Of a stretch of 64,000 nucleotides of DNA, positions 13,147-26,422 are shown piece after piece. Each line of letters opens with the position of its first letter. Positions within the stretch are counted from its first letter, which is position 1. This DNA comes from Vicugna vicugna (Eukaryota). The position numbers were made by a program, and so were the translations under genes. Location of the stretch: assembly GCA_013265495.1 (NCBI GenBank), contig MU057666.1, forward strand, positions 159,732-223,731, read 5' to 3'. The notes beneath the pieces were generated by a model. The model made no database searches. It was not told where the DNA came from and worked only from the letters and a program-made list of their open reading frames with translations.

Positions 13147-13560
13147 TGTTACGGAAATGACAGGCCAGCCAAGCAACAAGCACCACTCGGAGGGTTGGAG
13201 TACTCAGATGTATTATGCCGGCGGGCTCAGAGGGGCTTCTGCTTCAAAGCTCTGAGCACCTCCAAGACATGCATGTGAGGTTTTATAGGTAAAGTACAAG
13301 CTTGGGGTCTTCGGCCAATAGGCATGGAACAGATTTAGCAGCATCATTATCACAAAAGTGGAGGCAGGGAGGCAGCAAACCAACATTCCAAAGCCAGATA
13401 TTTATCTTTGAAAATCCAGCTGGCTAGCAATAAAAACATGAACAGCAAACCAACACTAATTAACTTAGATTTACGAGTTAGTCCAGCAGAACTCAGATCA
13501 GTATTCCGATACTTAGATTTGTGAGTTATCTTCTTAGACCAGCCCGGCTTTTCCTTCACA
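13147..13560 (-). mobile_element. solo LTR, ERV1-like, relatively young
   Basis: TG...CA termini (tgttacgg / ccttcaca); near-perfect 4-bp flanks aggt/agat; on the minus strand a TATA (ctataaaa) followed by a poly(A)-like aataca; CCAAT motif; several CpGs retained. Confidence 0.8.
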
Positions 13561-15654
13561 AGATTAATGGCTGTTTACAGTATTCTGATACATCAGAGTA
13601 TGGTAATATATTCAACTACCTCTCTTCTATGGGCATTAGCTGTTTCTGGTTTTTATTGATAAAAATAACACTGCAGTTAAAATTATTGCACATGTTATAT
13701 TTCACCATATGAAGACTAAATTCCTGAAAGTCACACTATGAGACCTAAGTTGTCTAATGCTAAGAAATTTCCCTTTAAATGGTTGATATCAAGAATTTAT
13801 ACACCCACCAATGAATATGAGTGTCCTTTTCTCCACATTCTTTGCAGCACTGAATATAAATAAAAATCTTTTTAATTTGTACAAAATCTGATGGACAGAA
13901 CATAGCATCATGTTTCAATTTGCATTTCAGGTTAGAAGTGAGGAAAATTTTTGAAAACTTTTTTATTTTTCTTGACTATCTTTATTTCTTTAGTGAATTG
14001 ACCATTCATGACTTTTCATATTTTTCCATTTTCATTTGTAGAATATGGGTGTTATGTACACTTTTAGCCATGTATATTTCAAACACTTATTTTAATGTCT
14101 TTGTCTTTTAATTAAGTGATACAATAATTTGTAAAGTTAATGAAAACCACATCTATTTTTTGTAAACAATATCTTTACTATTTGGTTTGAAACAGAAGAA
14201 ATCGGGTCTTTTAATCTTTAGTATTTTCTGCAGTGTGCTTTGATTAGAAAGTCTCATCTCCAAACTAGGAATTTAAAGGCAGTTTACTGACTTCATCTAA
14301 TACTCTTGCTTGTTTTCAGTTCTTTAGGCACTTGGAACTCATTTAAGGTGTAAGAAAAAAAATCTCATCCCCCTCATTTTATGCCCAAGTTTAAAATGAA
14401 CTTCCTGATTTTCCTAACAAATGTTTTGAGTCTTGATTGGAGTTGCACTGAATTAATAAATCTGGGTGCAAATTGATAATGTTATAACACCAATTTCTTC
14501 CAAAAGGCTGACAGTATTCTCTCACTTTATTTTACTCTGCTCTTCTTTTATTTCCATCAGTCAGATTTCATATGCATTCACATATCCATCTGTATACATA
14601 TATCATGCTTCATATTTCTTGTTAGGATATAAGATTTAATGGATTTTGAACAAACTGTGAAAACAACCTATTGTTAGGATATAAGAAAGTTATTGGTTTT
14701 TACATACTTATCTTCTATGGTACCAGACCAGGCTTTCAGTTGATTTTCTTGAATTTTCTGGTAAACAATTGTATCACCTAATTATAATTTTGCCCCTACC
14801 TTTAGTTTATGTAAAACTCCTTTCTTTTTCTTTTAATCACATTTTTCAGGACCTCCAAATTACTAAACAAAAACAGGATACTAGACATCTTGTTTCTCAT
14901 ATTAATGAGAACCTAATAATATACTTAAGAAGTTTTAAAAGTTCTAAACTAAGAACTTTTAGGAAGCATAACACTAAGATACATCATATGCCTTTTCATC
15001 ATACACTGGAATAATCATCCTTTCCTTCTCTAATCAATTAACATGATATATTAATATACTTCTTAATGTTAAATCACTCTTGTATTCCTTAATCATATTT
15101 TTTAGCATATTTTTATACTTGCTTTTCCAGATTTTACTTAGGATTTCTGTATCTGTATTAAGTGAAATCGATCCATTGTATTTTTTTTTGTACTAATCTT
15201 TTAGTATCAACAGTCTCATGAAGTAAACAGGGCACTTCATTCTATCTTTATCTAAAAAGTTTTAAATAATAGGAAAACTTCTGACCTTGGAAAAGAGAAT
15301 AGAGCCCTAAAACCATCTGAGTCTAATGCCTTTGGGCCAAAGGAAACATATGTGAAAGATATTATGTTTCAAAATTTATATTTGTTTTCTTTTCTTGGGT
15401 TGATTTTGCTAATAATTTATAAGTCAATTATCTGTTTCAATACATTTTTATTTACAATATAAATTATACACATTATCTTATAATTTTAAAATTATCATTA
15501 TCTCTTGACTGTTCCCACTTTTCACTTTTTTTCTTTTTCATTGTAGCATAGTCATTTTACAGTGCTGTGTTAAGTATTTGGTGTAAATCCACTTTTCATT
15601 TTTAACATTGCATTTTCTCATCACTTCATAATCAGATTGTTAGTTCTATTTTTT

Positions 15655-15732
15655 CCTTTTTTTAACATTTTTTATTGATTTACAATCATTTTACAATGTT
15701 GTGTCAAATTCCAGTGTTCAGCACAACTTTTT
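15655..15732 (-). mobile_element. very short (about 75 bp) LINE-1 3' tip
   Basis: ttttaacatttttattgatttacaatcattttacaatgttgtgtcaaattccagtgttcagcacaac matches the L1 3' end at 19300-19365. Confidence 0.8.
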
Positions 15733-17317
15733 AAGTATTTTTTTTCCTTTCAAATTAAATTTGCTCTTGGTTTAAGTTAAACAATTTCTTATTGTTATAT
15801 TTATTTTATTTAATGTGTCTTATCCATATTAATTTCTTACATTCTTTTAAAGAAATTCTCAAAATGAATATTTAAGCAATTTATTTCCCATCTTCCTTAT
15901 TTCCTAAAATGAATACAATGCCCTCAGCATCAGCTTGTCCTCAACCCAAAGATTTAGATATGCAGAATTTTACTGTGGTTCATTAGCAATTGTAATTTGT
16001 TTTCAATTCCCTTGAGCCACAAGACAATTAGAAAAGTATCTTTAAAATTTTCCACATCTTTAGGAAATTTTTTAGGTATCTTTTCTGTTCTTTGATTTCA
16101 GTTTTATCATATGATCAAATAAGCTGACCTCTGAGATATAACTTTTTAAAAATTTATTAAGATTTTCTTTATACTCTGATACACGCTTAGTTTTTTCTTT
16201 CATAAATACTGACAAATTAGTGTACCATCCTTCTGAAATATTCTTCTGTCTTCTGTACTAACCATTTCTTGAAAGGACTTCAAAGAAGACTTCTTTGCCT
16301 AAATTGGTGTCTCTCTTCCACGCTAGAAATGTTTTTTTTTTCCCAAATCTGTGGAGATTCTTGCCAATCCATTTGTATTTGTAAAGAATACAGTGATGTG
16401 TACTGACTGGAGATAGGTGTCCTCAAAACCACCAAGGTGATAAGTATATTTAGACTACAAAACATGGACATACAGGAAATGAGCAGATACCTTTATTGTT
16501 TGATTCAAGTTCAAAGTAACCCAGGTTACTATTTTGTTCCTCTCTTTGGCATCAATCCTCAAACCAAGAGTCTCCTCTCAAGACAACAGAGAACTTATTA
16601 CAAATGTGTTTTTTGCCTAGAAGATGGAGGCCAGATCTGTTCTGTGATTGACCACTCTTGACACCCACTCTGCACACCCTTGCAACCATTTACTATATCA
16701 GCCACCCCAGAACTGACTATTATTGACTCAGAACTTGGGGGATTTTCTAAGTTCCACTGGAAGCAGCATTACACACCTCTTTCATGTCACTCTGTTCTAA
16801 GTTTCATGAAGGTGATAACATATGTCTTTTTCAGGTATGTAACTATCCCTATCACCTAACACCCATCACTAGTGCCTGGTACTAAATAAATATGCAAGAA
16901 TATATATTTGATTTTGATATCAATGTGATTTCATTGACTTTAGAACTTACAAGGTCATCAAATTTCTGGCCCATTTATGAAACCCTTCTGCTGCTGCCCT
17001 TTTTCCTCATTTTTATTTGTTTACTTTTTCATTGCAAAAGGATTTTGAAAATGAGGGAAGTAAACAAATGTGCTTGATTGTTTTAGAATTTGATTAACTG
17101 TGGCACTGATCACTCACATTCAAAATCCAGTTATCTGATATTTTCTGGATTAAAAATTACAGATATACCCATAATAATTGATTCCAAATATTCTGTAAGT
17201 TCTAGAGTGAACCACAAATAAATATTAAAAATCATTAATATAATTAGGAAAGACAAATCTGAATATATCAAGTCAATCTATTATTTTTTTCAAAATAAAA
17301 TAATCGTTGCTTCATAC

Positions 17318-17415
17318 TGGCAAGTACTGAAGATCTGAACAATTTCTTTTAAGAGTTCTTGAATGTTGTCTATACAAGCAAGAGGCATGTAAAGTACTAA
17401 ATATATCTAAGAAGC
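17318..17415 (-). pseudogene. YME1L1: YME1L1 pseudo-exon (most 5' exon found)
   Basis: ttccttccag acceptor, gtatga donor; (G)FLDIFSTLHASCLYRQHSRTLKRNCSDLQYLP versus recalled GNLDIFSTLRSSCLYRHHSRALQSICSDLQYWP. Confidence 0.93.
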
Positions 17416-17760
17416 CTGGAAGGAAATTATAAAAAGTAAGTTTTCTATTTGTCAAACAGAAAACATCATAAAATATAATAATAATTTTACCAAATATTAA
17501 AAAAATGAATTTTGCTTTTTATTTGTCCACATATGGTTCTGCTTTTAGAAGTTTCTAAAAGCACTGCAAATCTAATCAAATTTCTTTATCATTTTATTGT
17601 CTATCACTTGTCCATTAGATTATCTTTTGTAATATAATATACAAATACAGCTACTAATGAAATTACCTTCAAACCAAGAGATAAAAGATATATATGTACC
17701 GACACCACTGCTGATGAAGCCTGTGTACTCCTCTCTGCAATAAATGCATGTCAGAGATTT

Positions 17761-17813
17761 TGTATATATATTTGTGTATATATATATTTATATATATTTT
17801 TTATATATATATA
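17761..17813. repeat. degenerate (TA)n microsatellite
   Basis: tgtatatatatttgtgtatatatatatttatatatattttttatatatatata. Confidence 0.85.
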
Positions 17814-19294
17814 AAACACCTTTTGGTTAAGAGCATAAGGAGACAAAGAATTGTTATTTCCTAGAGATGGTTTCAAAACTCTAGTGAACAATGTAATACA
17901 ACACTGGAAACCAGAGATAACATTATCTTTCTTAAAGTTCCATAGACTTGAGTATAAAGTTCCCTCCAAAGCCATGAATGCCATCATCATTCTTCCTGAC
18001 TCCTGTCCTTGACTAATGGGCTCCATCCTACCTAACACCAAGGTTCCCAGGGAATTTGGGTGCAGCAACAACAGAAGCATGTTCTCCTCTCTCCTTAGAT
18101 GCCAGTTAGAATTCAGAGATTTTTGTAAGAACTCCTTTAATCACATCAAGAAATCCTTTACTAATACCTCTGCCTGCCTAAGCCAAGAAGAAAGAGCTGG
18201 TAGTCAGAGGAACACCTTAAAAGGAAATGTAAATATGCAGACCAGATGAGCAATATTAATAATAACAATACTATAAAACAATGACAATAACAAAAATTTG
18301 ACTCTGCTTATCACTTACTGTGGGCCAAGTACTTTGCTTAGATGACTACATTTGACCCTCCAAAGAGAGAGCAGGAGTTATTCCTCACACTACATATGAG
18401 AAAAGGAGATTTATTGTAAATACCCCAGTCACTCAGTGGCAGGGCTGGGTTTGGCCCTAGTCTGGTCCTCACTCTCAATCTCTAAGCCTCAAGGCCTCTC
18501 TCAGAAAGGAGACACTAGAGCATAAAAAATAAGAAACCAGGATCAAACTTTTAGTCCAAGCCTCTAAGCTCAAAAACTTCATTTTTTTCTTACTTATGAA
18601 TTCTTTATTCATCCTATAGTGCTCTTTTTTTCTTCCAAGAAGGGAGACACTGGGTGTCTCCAGAATGGCCTGAGCAAGGCTCTGCAGCACCAGCCTGTCC
18701 CACCTATGATCCTGGCTGGTCACTACTTTCCCATCCTGTAGCTCATATACAAAATAAAAGCAAAAAAGAATGAAAGATTAGTAAATAATTTAAGTTTATG
18801 TGAAGTACAGCTTCAAATCAAACATTTCTCATAAAACTATTCAAACCTGTCCTCTTGTCCCAGAGCTTTTGTCACTTGTATTGATATTTTAATGTCTGCT
18901 CTTCCATCAACAAGTATTTTGATAAATTTCTAACATCCATTGTTTAAGTATCATGAAATTGACATCCCTTTCAATAAAATGCCCACTTATTATAAGACAC
19001 AAATATAAAAATACATAGACATTCTTTAAAAGAAGGGACCACAGATGTTTCTATAATGTATTCTCAGAAGCTAGTATGTTACTTGGAATATAAAAAAATT
19101 TGTCATGTAAAGCTAAAACAAGAACAACAACATTCCACTATTCCAAATGCTATGTAGTATGCTGTATTAGGTCCTGGAAAAAGAAAAAAGAACCCTAGTA
19201 AAAAAAGCTAGTGATTTGGGGAAATTAAATTTTATTTGGTAAAGCCTAAAAAAAGTCTATGCTTTAGTTAAAAGTATTGTAACAATGTTAATTT

Positions 19295-22200
19295 CTTTTT
19301 TTAACATGTTTTATTGATTTATAATCATTTTACAATGTTGTGTCAAATTTCATTGTAGAGCACAATTTTTCAGTTATACATGAACATATACATAATTCAT
19401 TATTACATTTTTTTCTCTGTGAGCTACCATAAGATCTTGTGTATATTTCCCTGTGCTATACAGTAGAATCATGTTCATCTATTCTACATTTTGAAACCCC
19501 AGTGTATCTCTTCCCATCCTCCACCCCCTCGCCAACCACAAGTTTGTATTCTGTGTCTATGAGTCTGTTTCTGCTTTGTATTTATGCTTTGTTTTTTTTC
19601 CTTTGGATTCCACATTTGAGGGATCTCATATGGTATTTTTCTTTCTCTTTCTGGCTTACTTCACTTAGAAAGACATTCTCCAGGAATATCCATGTTGCTG
19701 CAAATGGTATGATGTTGTCAGCTTTTATGGCTGAATACTATTCCATTGTATAAATATACCACTTCTTCTTTATCCAGTCACCTGTTGATGGACATTTAGG
19801 CTGTTTCCATGTCTTGGCTATTGTAAATAGTGCTGCTATGAACCCTGGGGTGCAGGTGTCTTTTTGATGTAGGGTTCCTTTTGGATATGTGCCCAGGAGT
19901 GGGATTCCTGGGTCATAAGTTAAGTCTATTCCTAATCCTTTGAGGAATTCCATACTGTTTTCCACAGTGGCTGTACCAAATTGCATTCCCACCAGCAGTG
20001 TAGGAGGGTTCCCTTTTAGCCACAGCCTCTCCAGCATTTATCATTTGTAGAGTTTTCAATGATGGCCATTCTGACTGGTGTGAGGTGATACCTCATTGAA
20101 GTTTTGATTTGCATTTCTCTGATAATTAGTGATATTGAGTATTTTCTCATGTGCCTATTGATCATTTGTATTTCTTCCTTGGAGAATTGTTTGTTTAGGT
20201 TTCTGCCCACTTTTGGATTGGGTTGTTTGATTTTTTCTTATTAAGTAGTATGAACTGTTTCATTTGCAAAAATTTTCTACCAATCTGTAGACTGTCTTTT
20301 TGTTTTACTTATGGTTTCCTTTGCTGTGCAGAAGCTTGTAAGTTTCATTAGGTCCCATTTGTTTATTCTTGCTTTTATTTCTATTGCTTGGGTAGACTGT
20401 TCTAGGAGAACATTTTTGAGATGTATGTCAAATAATGTTTTGCCTATATTTTCTTCTAGGAGGCTTATTGTATCTTGTCTTATGTTTAAGTCTTTAATAC
20501 ATTTTAAATTTATTTTTGTGTATGGTATAAGGGAGTGGCCTAGCTTCACTGATTTACATGCTGCTGTCCAGTTTTCCCAACACCATTTGCTGAACAGACT
20601 GTCTTTATTCCATTGTATATTCTTGCCTCCTTTGTCGAAGATGAGTTGACCAAAAGTTTGTGGGTTCATTTCTGGGCTCTCTATTCTGTTCCATGAGTCT
20701 ATATGTCTATTTTTGTACCAGTAGCATGCTGTCTTGATGACTGTAGCTCTATAGTATTGTCTGAAGTCTGGAAGAGTTATTCCTGCAGCCTCTTTCTTTC
20801 TCTTCAGTAATGCTTTGGCAATTCTAGATCTTTTGTTGTTCCATGTAAATTTTATTATGATTTGTTCTTGTTCTGTGAAATATGTCCTTAGTAATTTGAC
20901 AGGGATTGTATTAAAATTGTAGATTGCCTTGGGCAGTATGAATATTTTAACAATATTGATACTTCCAATCCAAGAGCATGGGATATCTGTCTATTTTTTA
21001 AAGTCTTCTTTAATTTCCTTCACCATGGTTTAGTTTTCTGTGTATAATTTTTCACCCCCTTGGTTAGATTTATTCCTAGATATTTTATTACTTTTGGTGC
21101 TATTTTAAAGGGGAGTATTATTTACTTTTTTTTTCTGCTGATTCATCATTAATGTAAAGAAATGCAACTGATTTTATAAACGTTAATCATATAACTTGCT
21201 ACTTTGCTGAATTCTTGATTAGTTCTAGTAGTTTTTGTGTGGACCTTTTAGGGTTTTCTGTATATAGTATCATGTCATTTACATAAGTGAGACTTTTACC
21301 TCTTCTTTTCCAATCTGGATCCCTTTTATTTCTCTCTCTTGCCTGATTGCTGTGGCTAGACCTTCAATACTATGTTGAATAGGAGGGGTGATAATGGGCA
21401 GTCTTGTCCCAGATTTTAGTGGGAAGTTTTTCAGTTTTTCACCGTTGTGTACTATGCTGGCTGTAGGTTTGTCATATATAGCTTTTATTATGTTGAGATT
21501 TGTTCCTTCTATACCCACTTTGGTGAGAATATTTATCATAACTGGGTGTTGAATTTTATCAAATGCTTTTTCTGCAACTATTGAGATGATCATGTGGTTT
21601 TTGTACTTTGTCTTGTTGATGTGATGTATTATACTGATTGATTTGTGTATGTTGAACCACCCCTGTCTCCCTGGGATGAACCCCACTTGATCATGATGTA
21701 TAATATATTTTATGTGCTTTTGGGTTCTATTTCCTAATATTTTGCTGAGGATTTTTTGCATTTATGTTCATCAGTGATATTGGTCTGTAATCCTATTTTT
21801 TGGTAGTGTCTTTGCCTGGTTGTGGTATCAGGGTGATGGTGGCTTCATAGAATGAGTTTGGGAGTATTCCCTCCTTTTCAATCTTCTGGAAGTGTTTGAG
21901 AGTTCTTCTTTGTATGTTTGGTAGAATTCCCCATTGAAAGCTGTCCGGTCCTGGACTTTTATTTGTAGGGAGGTTTTTTATTGCTAATTCAATTCTATTT
22001 CTAGTGATCAGTTTGTTCAAGTGGTCAGTTTCTTCTTGATTCAGTCTTGGTGGACTGTATGTTTCCAGAAATTTGTCCATCTCCTCTAGGTTATTCATTT
22101 TGGATCCATATAGTTTTTCTTAATATTCTCATATGATATTCTGTATTTCTATGTTATTTGCTGTAATTTATCCATTTTCTTTTCTTATTTTGCTTATTTG

Positions 22201-25200
22201 TGCTCTCTTTTTTGTTCTTTGTGAGCTTGTCCAGAGGTTTGCCGATTTTATTTACTCTTTCAAAAAACCATCTTTTGATTTGATTCATTTTTTTTCTATT
22301 TTTTCTTAATCTCTATTTTATTTATTTCCTCCCTGATCTTTATTATTTCCTTCCTTCTGTTGTCTTTTGGGTTTTTTTTTGTTTTTTGTTTTTTGTTTTT
22401 TTTGCCCTTCTTTTTCTAATTCTTTTAGCTGGTGGGTTAGATTGCTTATTTGAGATAGTTCTTTTTTGAGGAAGGCCTGTATCACTATAAACATCCTTCT
22501 TAGCACTGCCTTTGCTGTGTCCGATAAATTTTGCGTGGTTGTGTTTTCATTTTCATTTGTCTCAAGATATATTTTAATTTCAACTTTGATTTCATCATTG
22601 ATCCATTTTTTTTAAATACAATTTGTTTAATCTCCATGCTTTCCTTTTTTTCTTCTGTGTTTCTCTGTAGTTGATTTCTAGTTTCATGGAATTGTTGTCA
22701 ATAAAGATGCTTGAGATAATTTCTATCTTCTAAAAGTTGTTGAGGCTTCTTTTGTGCCTAAGTACATGATCAATCCTAGGAAATGTTCCATGTGCAATTG
22801 AAAAGAATGTCTATCCTACTTTGTGGGGATTGCAATGCTCTGAAAATATCCACCAATTCTAATTTTTGTATTGTACTATTTAATTTCTTGGTTGCCTTAT
22901 TTATTTTCTGTCTGGAAGATCTGTGTAGTGATGTTAATGTGGTGTTAAAATCTCTGACTATGATTGTTTTCCCATCAATATCCCCCTTTATCTCTGTTAG
23001 TAATTGTTGTATGTACTTAGGTGTTGTTATATTGGGTGCATATATATTAATGTGTGTAATACCCTCATCTTGTATTACTCCTTTAATCATTATAAAATGT
23101 CCATTTTATCTTTCTTTATGGCCTTTGTTATAAAATGTATTTTGTCTGAAATTAGTACTGCTCCACCTGTTTTTTGGCTTTTCTATTTGCATGGAATATC
23201 CTTTTCCATCCTCTCACCCTCAATCTATATGTGCCCTTCTCTCTAAAGTGGGTCTCTTGTATGCAGCATATTGAAGGTTCTTGCTTTATTATCCAGTCTG
23301 CCACTCTATGTCTTTTGATTGGAGCATTTAGTCCATTAACAATTACTATAATTAATGATAGATGTGTGTTTATTGTCATTTTGAACTTATTTTTGCAGTT
23401 GATTTGGTATTTCCTCTTTGTTCCTTTCTTCCTTTTGTGGTTTGGTAATTTTTGTTTGTATCTTGGCTTTTATTTAGTGTTTGTGACTCCCTTATAAGTT
23501 TTTTCTTGTGATTACCATTTTTTGTAAGTTTATTAGCCCATTAGCATAACTTTTTATTAAACAGAGTGTAATATAATCTCAAACTCATCCTACAATGAAC
23601 AAAATATTTTAAAATGAAAGAAAAATATACTCTATATTTTCTTGTTCCCCTCTCCCACTCTTAATGATTTTGATGTCTTCTTTTACAATTTTGTGTTATT
23701 TCTATTTGTAATTCATGGTAGTTTTCACCTTTCCAGTTATGAGTTTCTCATTTCTGTAGAACCCTGCTTTTTTCTAATGAGAGTAGATCTTTCAATATTT
23801 CTTTTAGCATGGGTTCATTTTTGCTAAACTCTTTTAGTTTTTGCTTGTTTTTGAAATTCTTTATCTCTCCTTCTATTCTAAAGTATAGCCTTGCTGCATA
23901 ACATATCCTAAGCTGCATCTTTTTTTTCATTCAGGACTTTGCATATATCTTGCCCCTCCATTCTGGCCTGTAGTTTTTGTGTAGAAAAATTAGCTGAGAG
24001 CCTAATGGGGTTCCCTTGTAACTCACTCTTTGTTTTTATTTTGCTGCCTTTAGGATCATTTTATTATCCTTGACTCTGGCCATCTTAATGTGATATGTCT
24101 TGGTGTGGGTCTGTTTGGGTTCTTCCTGTTTGGGACCCTCTGAGATTCCTGTACTTGGATATCTGTTTCTTTAAGTTTGGAAAGTTTTCAGTCATGATTT
24201 CTTCCAATACCTTTTCGATCCCCTGTGTTCTTTCTTCCCCTTTTGGAATCCCTATTATGTGTAGATTGCCATGCTTTATATTATCCCATAATTCCTTTAT
24301 GTCGTTTTCATTTGTTTTTATTTGTTTTTCTCTCAGCTTTTCTTATTGGGTGCTTTCTGTTGTCCTGTCTTCTAGGTCATTTATTCATTCCTCTGCATTA
24401 TCTAATCTGCTTTGCACAGACTTTAGATCCGCTGTCATCTCACCAAATGAGCTTACCAATTCTCCTTGGCTCTTCTTTATAGCTTCAGTTTCATTTTTGA
24501 CATATTTTATATCTCTTAACATTATCTCTTTTAGTTCCTTCAGTTCTTTGATAACTCCCTTTTTGAAATCTCACTCTAGTTGGCCATCAATGTCTATTTC
24601 ATTGATTGTTCTTTCAGGGAATTTCTCTTGCTCTTTTAATTGGGAGTGGTTCCTCTGCTTCAAGTTACTCATATCTCTCTGGCATTGTGGCTTCTGGATT
24701 ATCAGTTATCTATTGTGGTCCTTAGGGAGTTTATTTATTTATCTAACACCTATGCAGGAATAAAATTTAAGAAAAAGAGAGGGAAAGAATTTTAAAATAA
24801 GGGAAATATAAAACGTTTAAAAACCATGTGTTACCAATAATAGAAGAGCAATTTTAACAGACTAGCAATCGAGTTGAGACTTCTTTTTGAAAAAGCTTTA
24901 AAAAAAAGAAAAATAGCACAAAACAATATTTGAAACCTGTGTATAATCATTAACAGGAGATCAAACCAAGAGAAATGAAAATGAAATGAGGTGGATTTTT
25001 AAATATAATAATATTATAAATATTTTAAAGAAATATTTAAAGGGTTTTATAACTGGAAGCATATACAACTGTTTAATAATTAAAAACTTAAATGGTAATA
25101 GAAAATGGAACATATAAAAAAGGATAAAATAAAAAGAGAATTTTATAAGAAGGGAAGAAAAAAGTTTGAAAACAGTGTATACTCAATAATAGAAGAGCAA

Positions 25201-26422
25201 ATTGAAGCAGAATAGCAAATGGGTTAATACTTCTTTTAAAAATTTTTAGAAAGGAGAAAAGAGAAAAAAATTGATATCTGTATATAATCAATAACAGGAG
25301 ATCAAAACCAAGAAAAATAAAAATGAAATGGGTGGATTTTTAAAAAATAATTGTAATGAAAATATTTTAAAAGAAAATTTTAAAAAGGATTAAAACTTGA
25401 TACATATATAATTGTTTAAAATGTAAAAATTTAAAAAGTCATTGAAAATAGAAAAAAGATTTTAAAAAAAGGTGAGTTTCTCTTGGAGACTGTGTAATCT
25501 TAATGATTTTATAGATGTCTTTCTGTTTTCGCCCTGTTTCACAAACTCAGCTTGCTGTTTCCAGAGGCCCTCCATTGGGCCCCTCATCTGTGCTTCTCCC
25601 AGTGCCTGTTGGCAAGCAGATCATGCGCCCTACCAACACTGTGGTCAGGTGTTACTCTTTTTCATAGTGGTTGGATGGGTCACTCCCCCTTCCAATGCTG
25701 CACTCAGGCAAGGTAGACCAGCAGATCATGCCCCCTCCCAACACCATGATCAGGTGCTGCTTTCCTGCGAGGAAGACCGGTGGCCACCTGCCCTTTGTCA
25801 GTGCCAGTTGCTCCCCTACTGTGTCAAGTTGCCTGGTCTGCCTCGGGTCCATGCTTCATAGGTGGGCTCAGTGAAGACCACAGAGTAGCCTCACCCCTTC
25901 TCCATGCCAAAATTCAGCTCCTTGTTTGTCTTAGCAGCATGAGTTCTCTGAAGTACCCCTGCAGAAAGATCTTATCAGCCTCTGGCTGTAAACAAGTCTT
26001 GGAGTCAGGTTTCAACACTGCCCCTGCCTGGGTACTAAGCACAGGAGGATATGGCAGCTGTGCCTGAGCCCTGCCTCTCTTCACCCGAAAATCTTCCACA
26101 GGTTTTCAGAGATTGGGGTATGGCACCCTTCCCTCCAGGGCACGTCAGTCATGTTGTTTTATGGAGGGCCCACGTTGTTTTGCCCTGTGTACCCACTCAT
26201 CAATGGCGTGCAGCACCCTGCAGTCCCCTGGAGCTGCCTCAGTTCAGCTGTCCTAGTTCTCCACCCAGCTCAGGCAGCCTGTCTCTTCCCCCACCTGCTG
26301 ACTCACATCTCGGGCTGGGTGTTGCAGGGACCCTTTGTGCCCGTTTAACTTAGTTCTGCCAGTCAAGGCCTGTTTCATACAGATCTGAGCCTCAGGTGCT
26401 CCCCCTCTGTCCTGCTGGCCTC
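19295..26422 (-). mobile_element. near full-length LINE-1 (copy A) with disrupted ORF1 and ORF2; lacks the first ~275 bp of the 5' UTR
   Basis: ORF-track pieces: endonuclease start MTINTHLSLIIVIVNGLNAPIKRHRVADWI (23379), reverse transcriptase [20 protein letters not shown]...KAFDKIQH (21279-21761), C-terminal pieces (19738-20669), ORF1 piece RICYAARLYFRIEGEIKNF (23748-23930); GC-richer 5' UTR at 25470-26420; poly-T at 19295. Confidence 0.95.
24787..25470. repeat. two diverged tandem copies (about 350 bp) of an A-rich unit inside the L1 copy A 5' region
   Basis: aataatagaagagcaa at 24836 and 25186; tataatca(t/a)taacaggagatcaaa at 24942 and 25283; aaaatgaaatg(a)ggtggatttt in both units. Confidence 0.8.

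Larger units (their letters stand above)
8671..17415 (-). pseudogene. YME1L1: unprocessed (intron-containing) partial YME1L1 pseudogene, 5 exons
   Basis: five collinear minus-strand exons, mostly with ag/gt borders, translate to the YME1L1 region from (G)xLDIFSTL to VDPVQMK.xTFExVKG; several stops and frameshifts. Confidence 0.92.

Noticed and set aside
16270..16370. Weak resemblance to the upstream YME1L1 exon ending SFFENKY
   Set aside because: Wrong position in exon order and no convincing translation.
19738..24763. Cluster of the longest ORFs (up to 222 aa), with reverse transcriptase and endonuclease motifs
   Set aside because: These are broken LINE-1 ORF1/ORF2 pieces or their antisense shadows; the 222-aa ORF at 24095-24763 is antisense to ORF1. 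Not a host gene or a new RT system.
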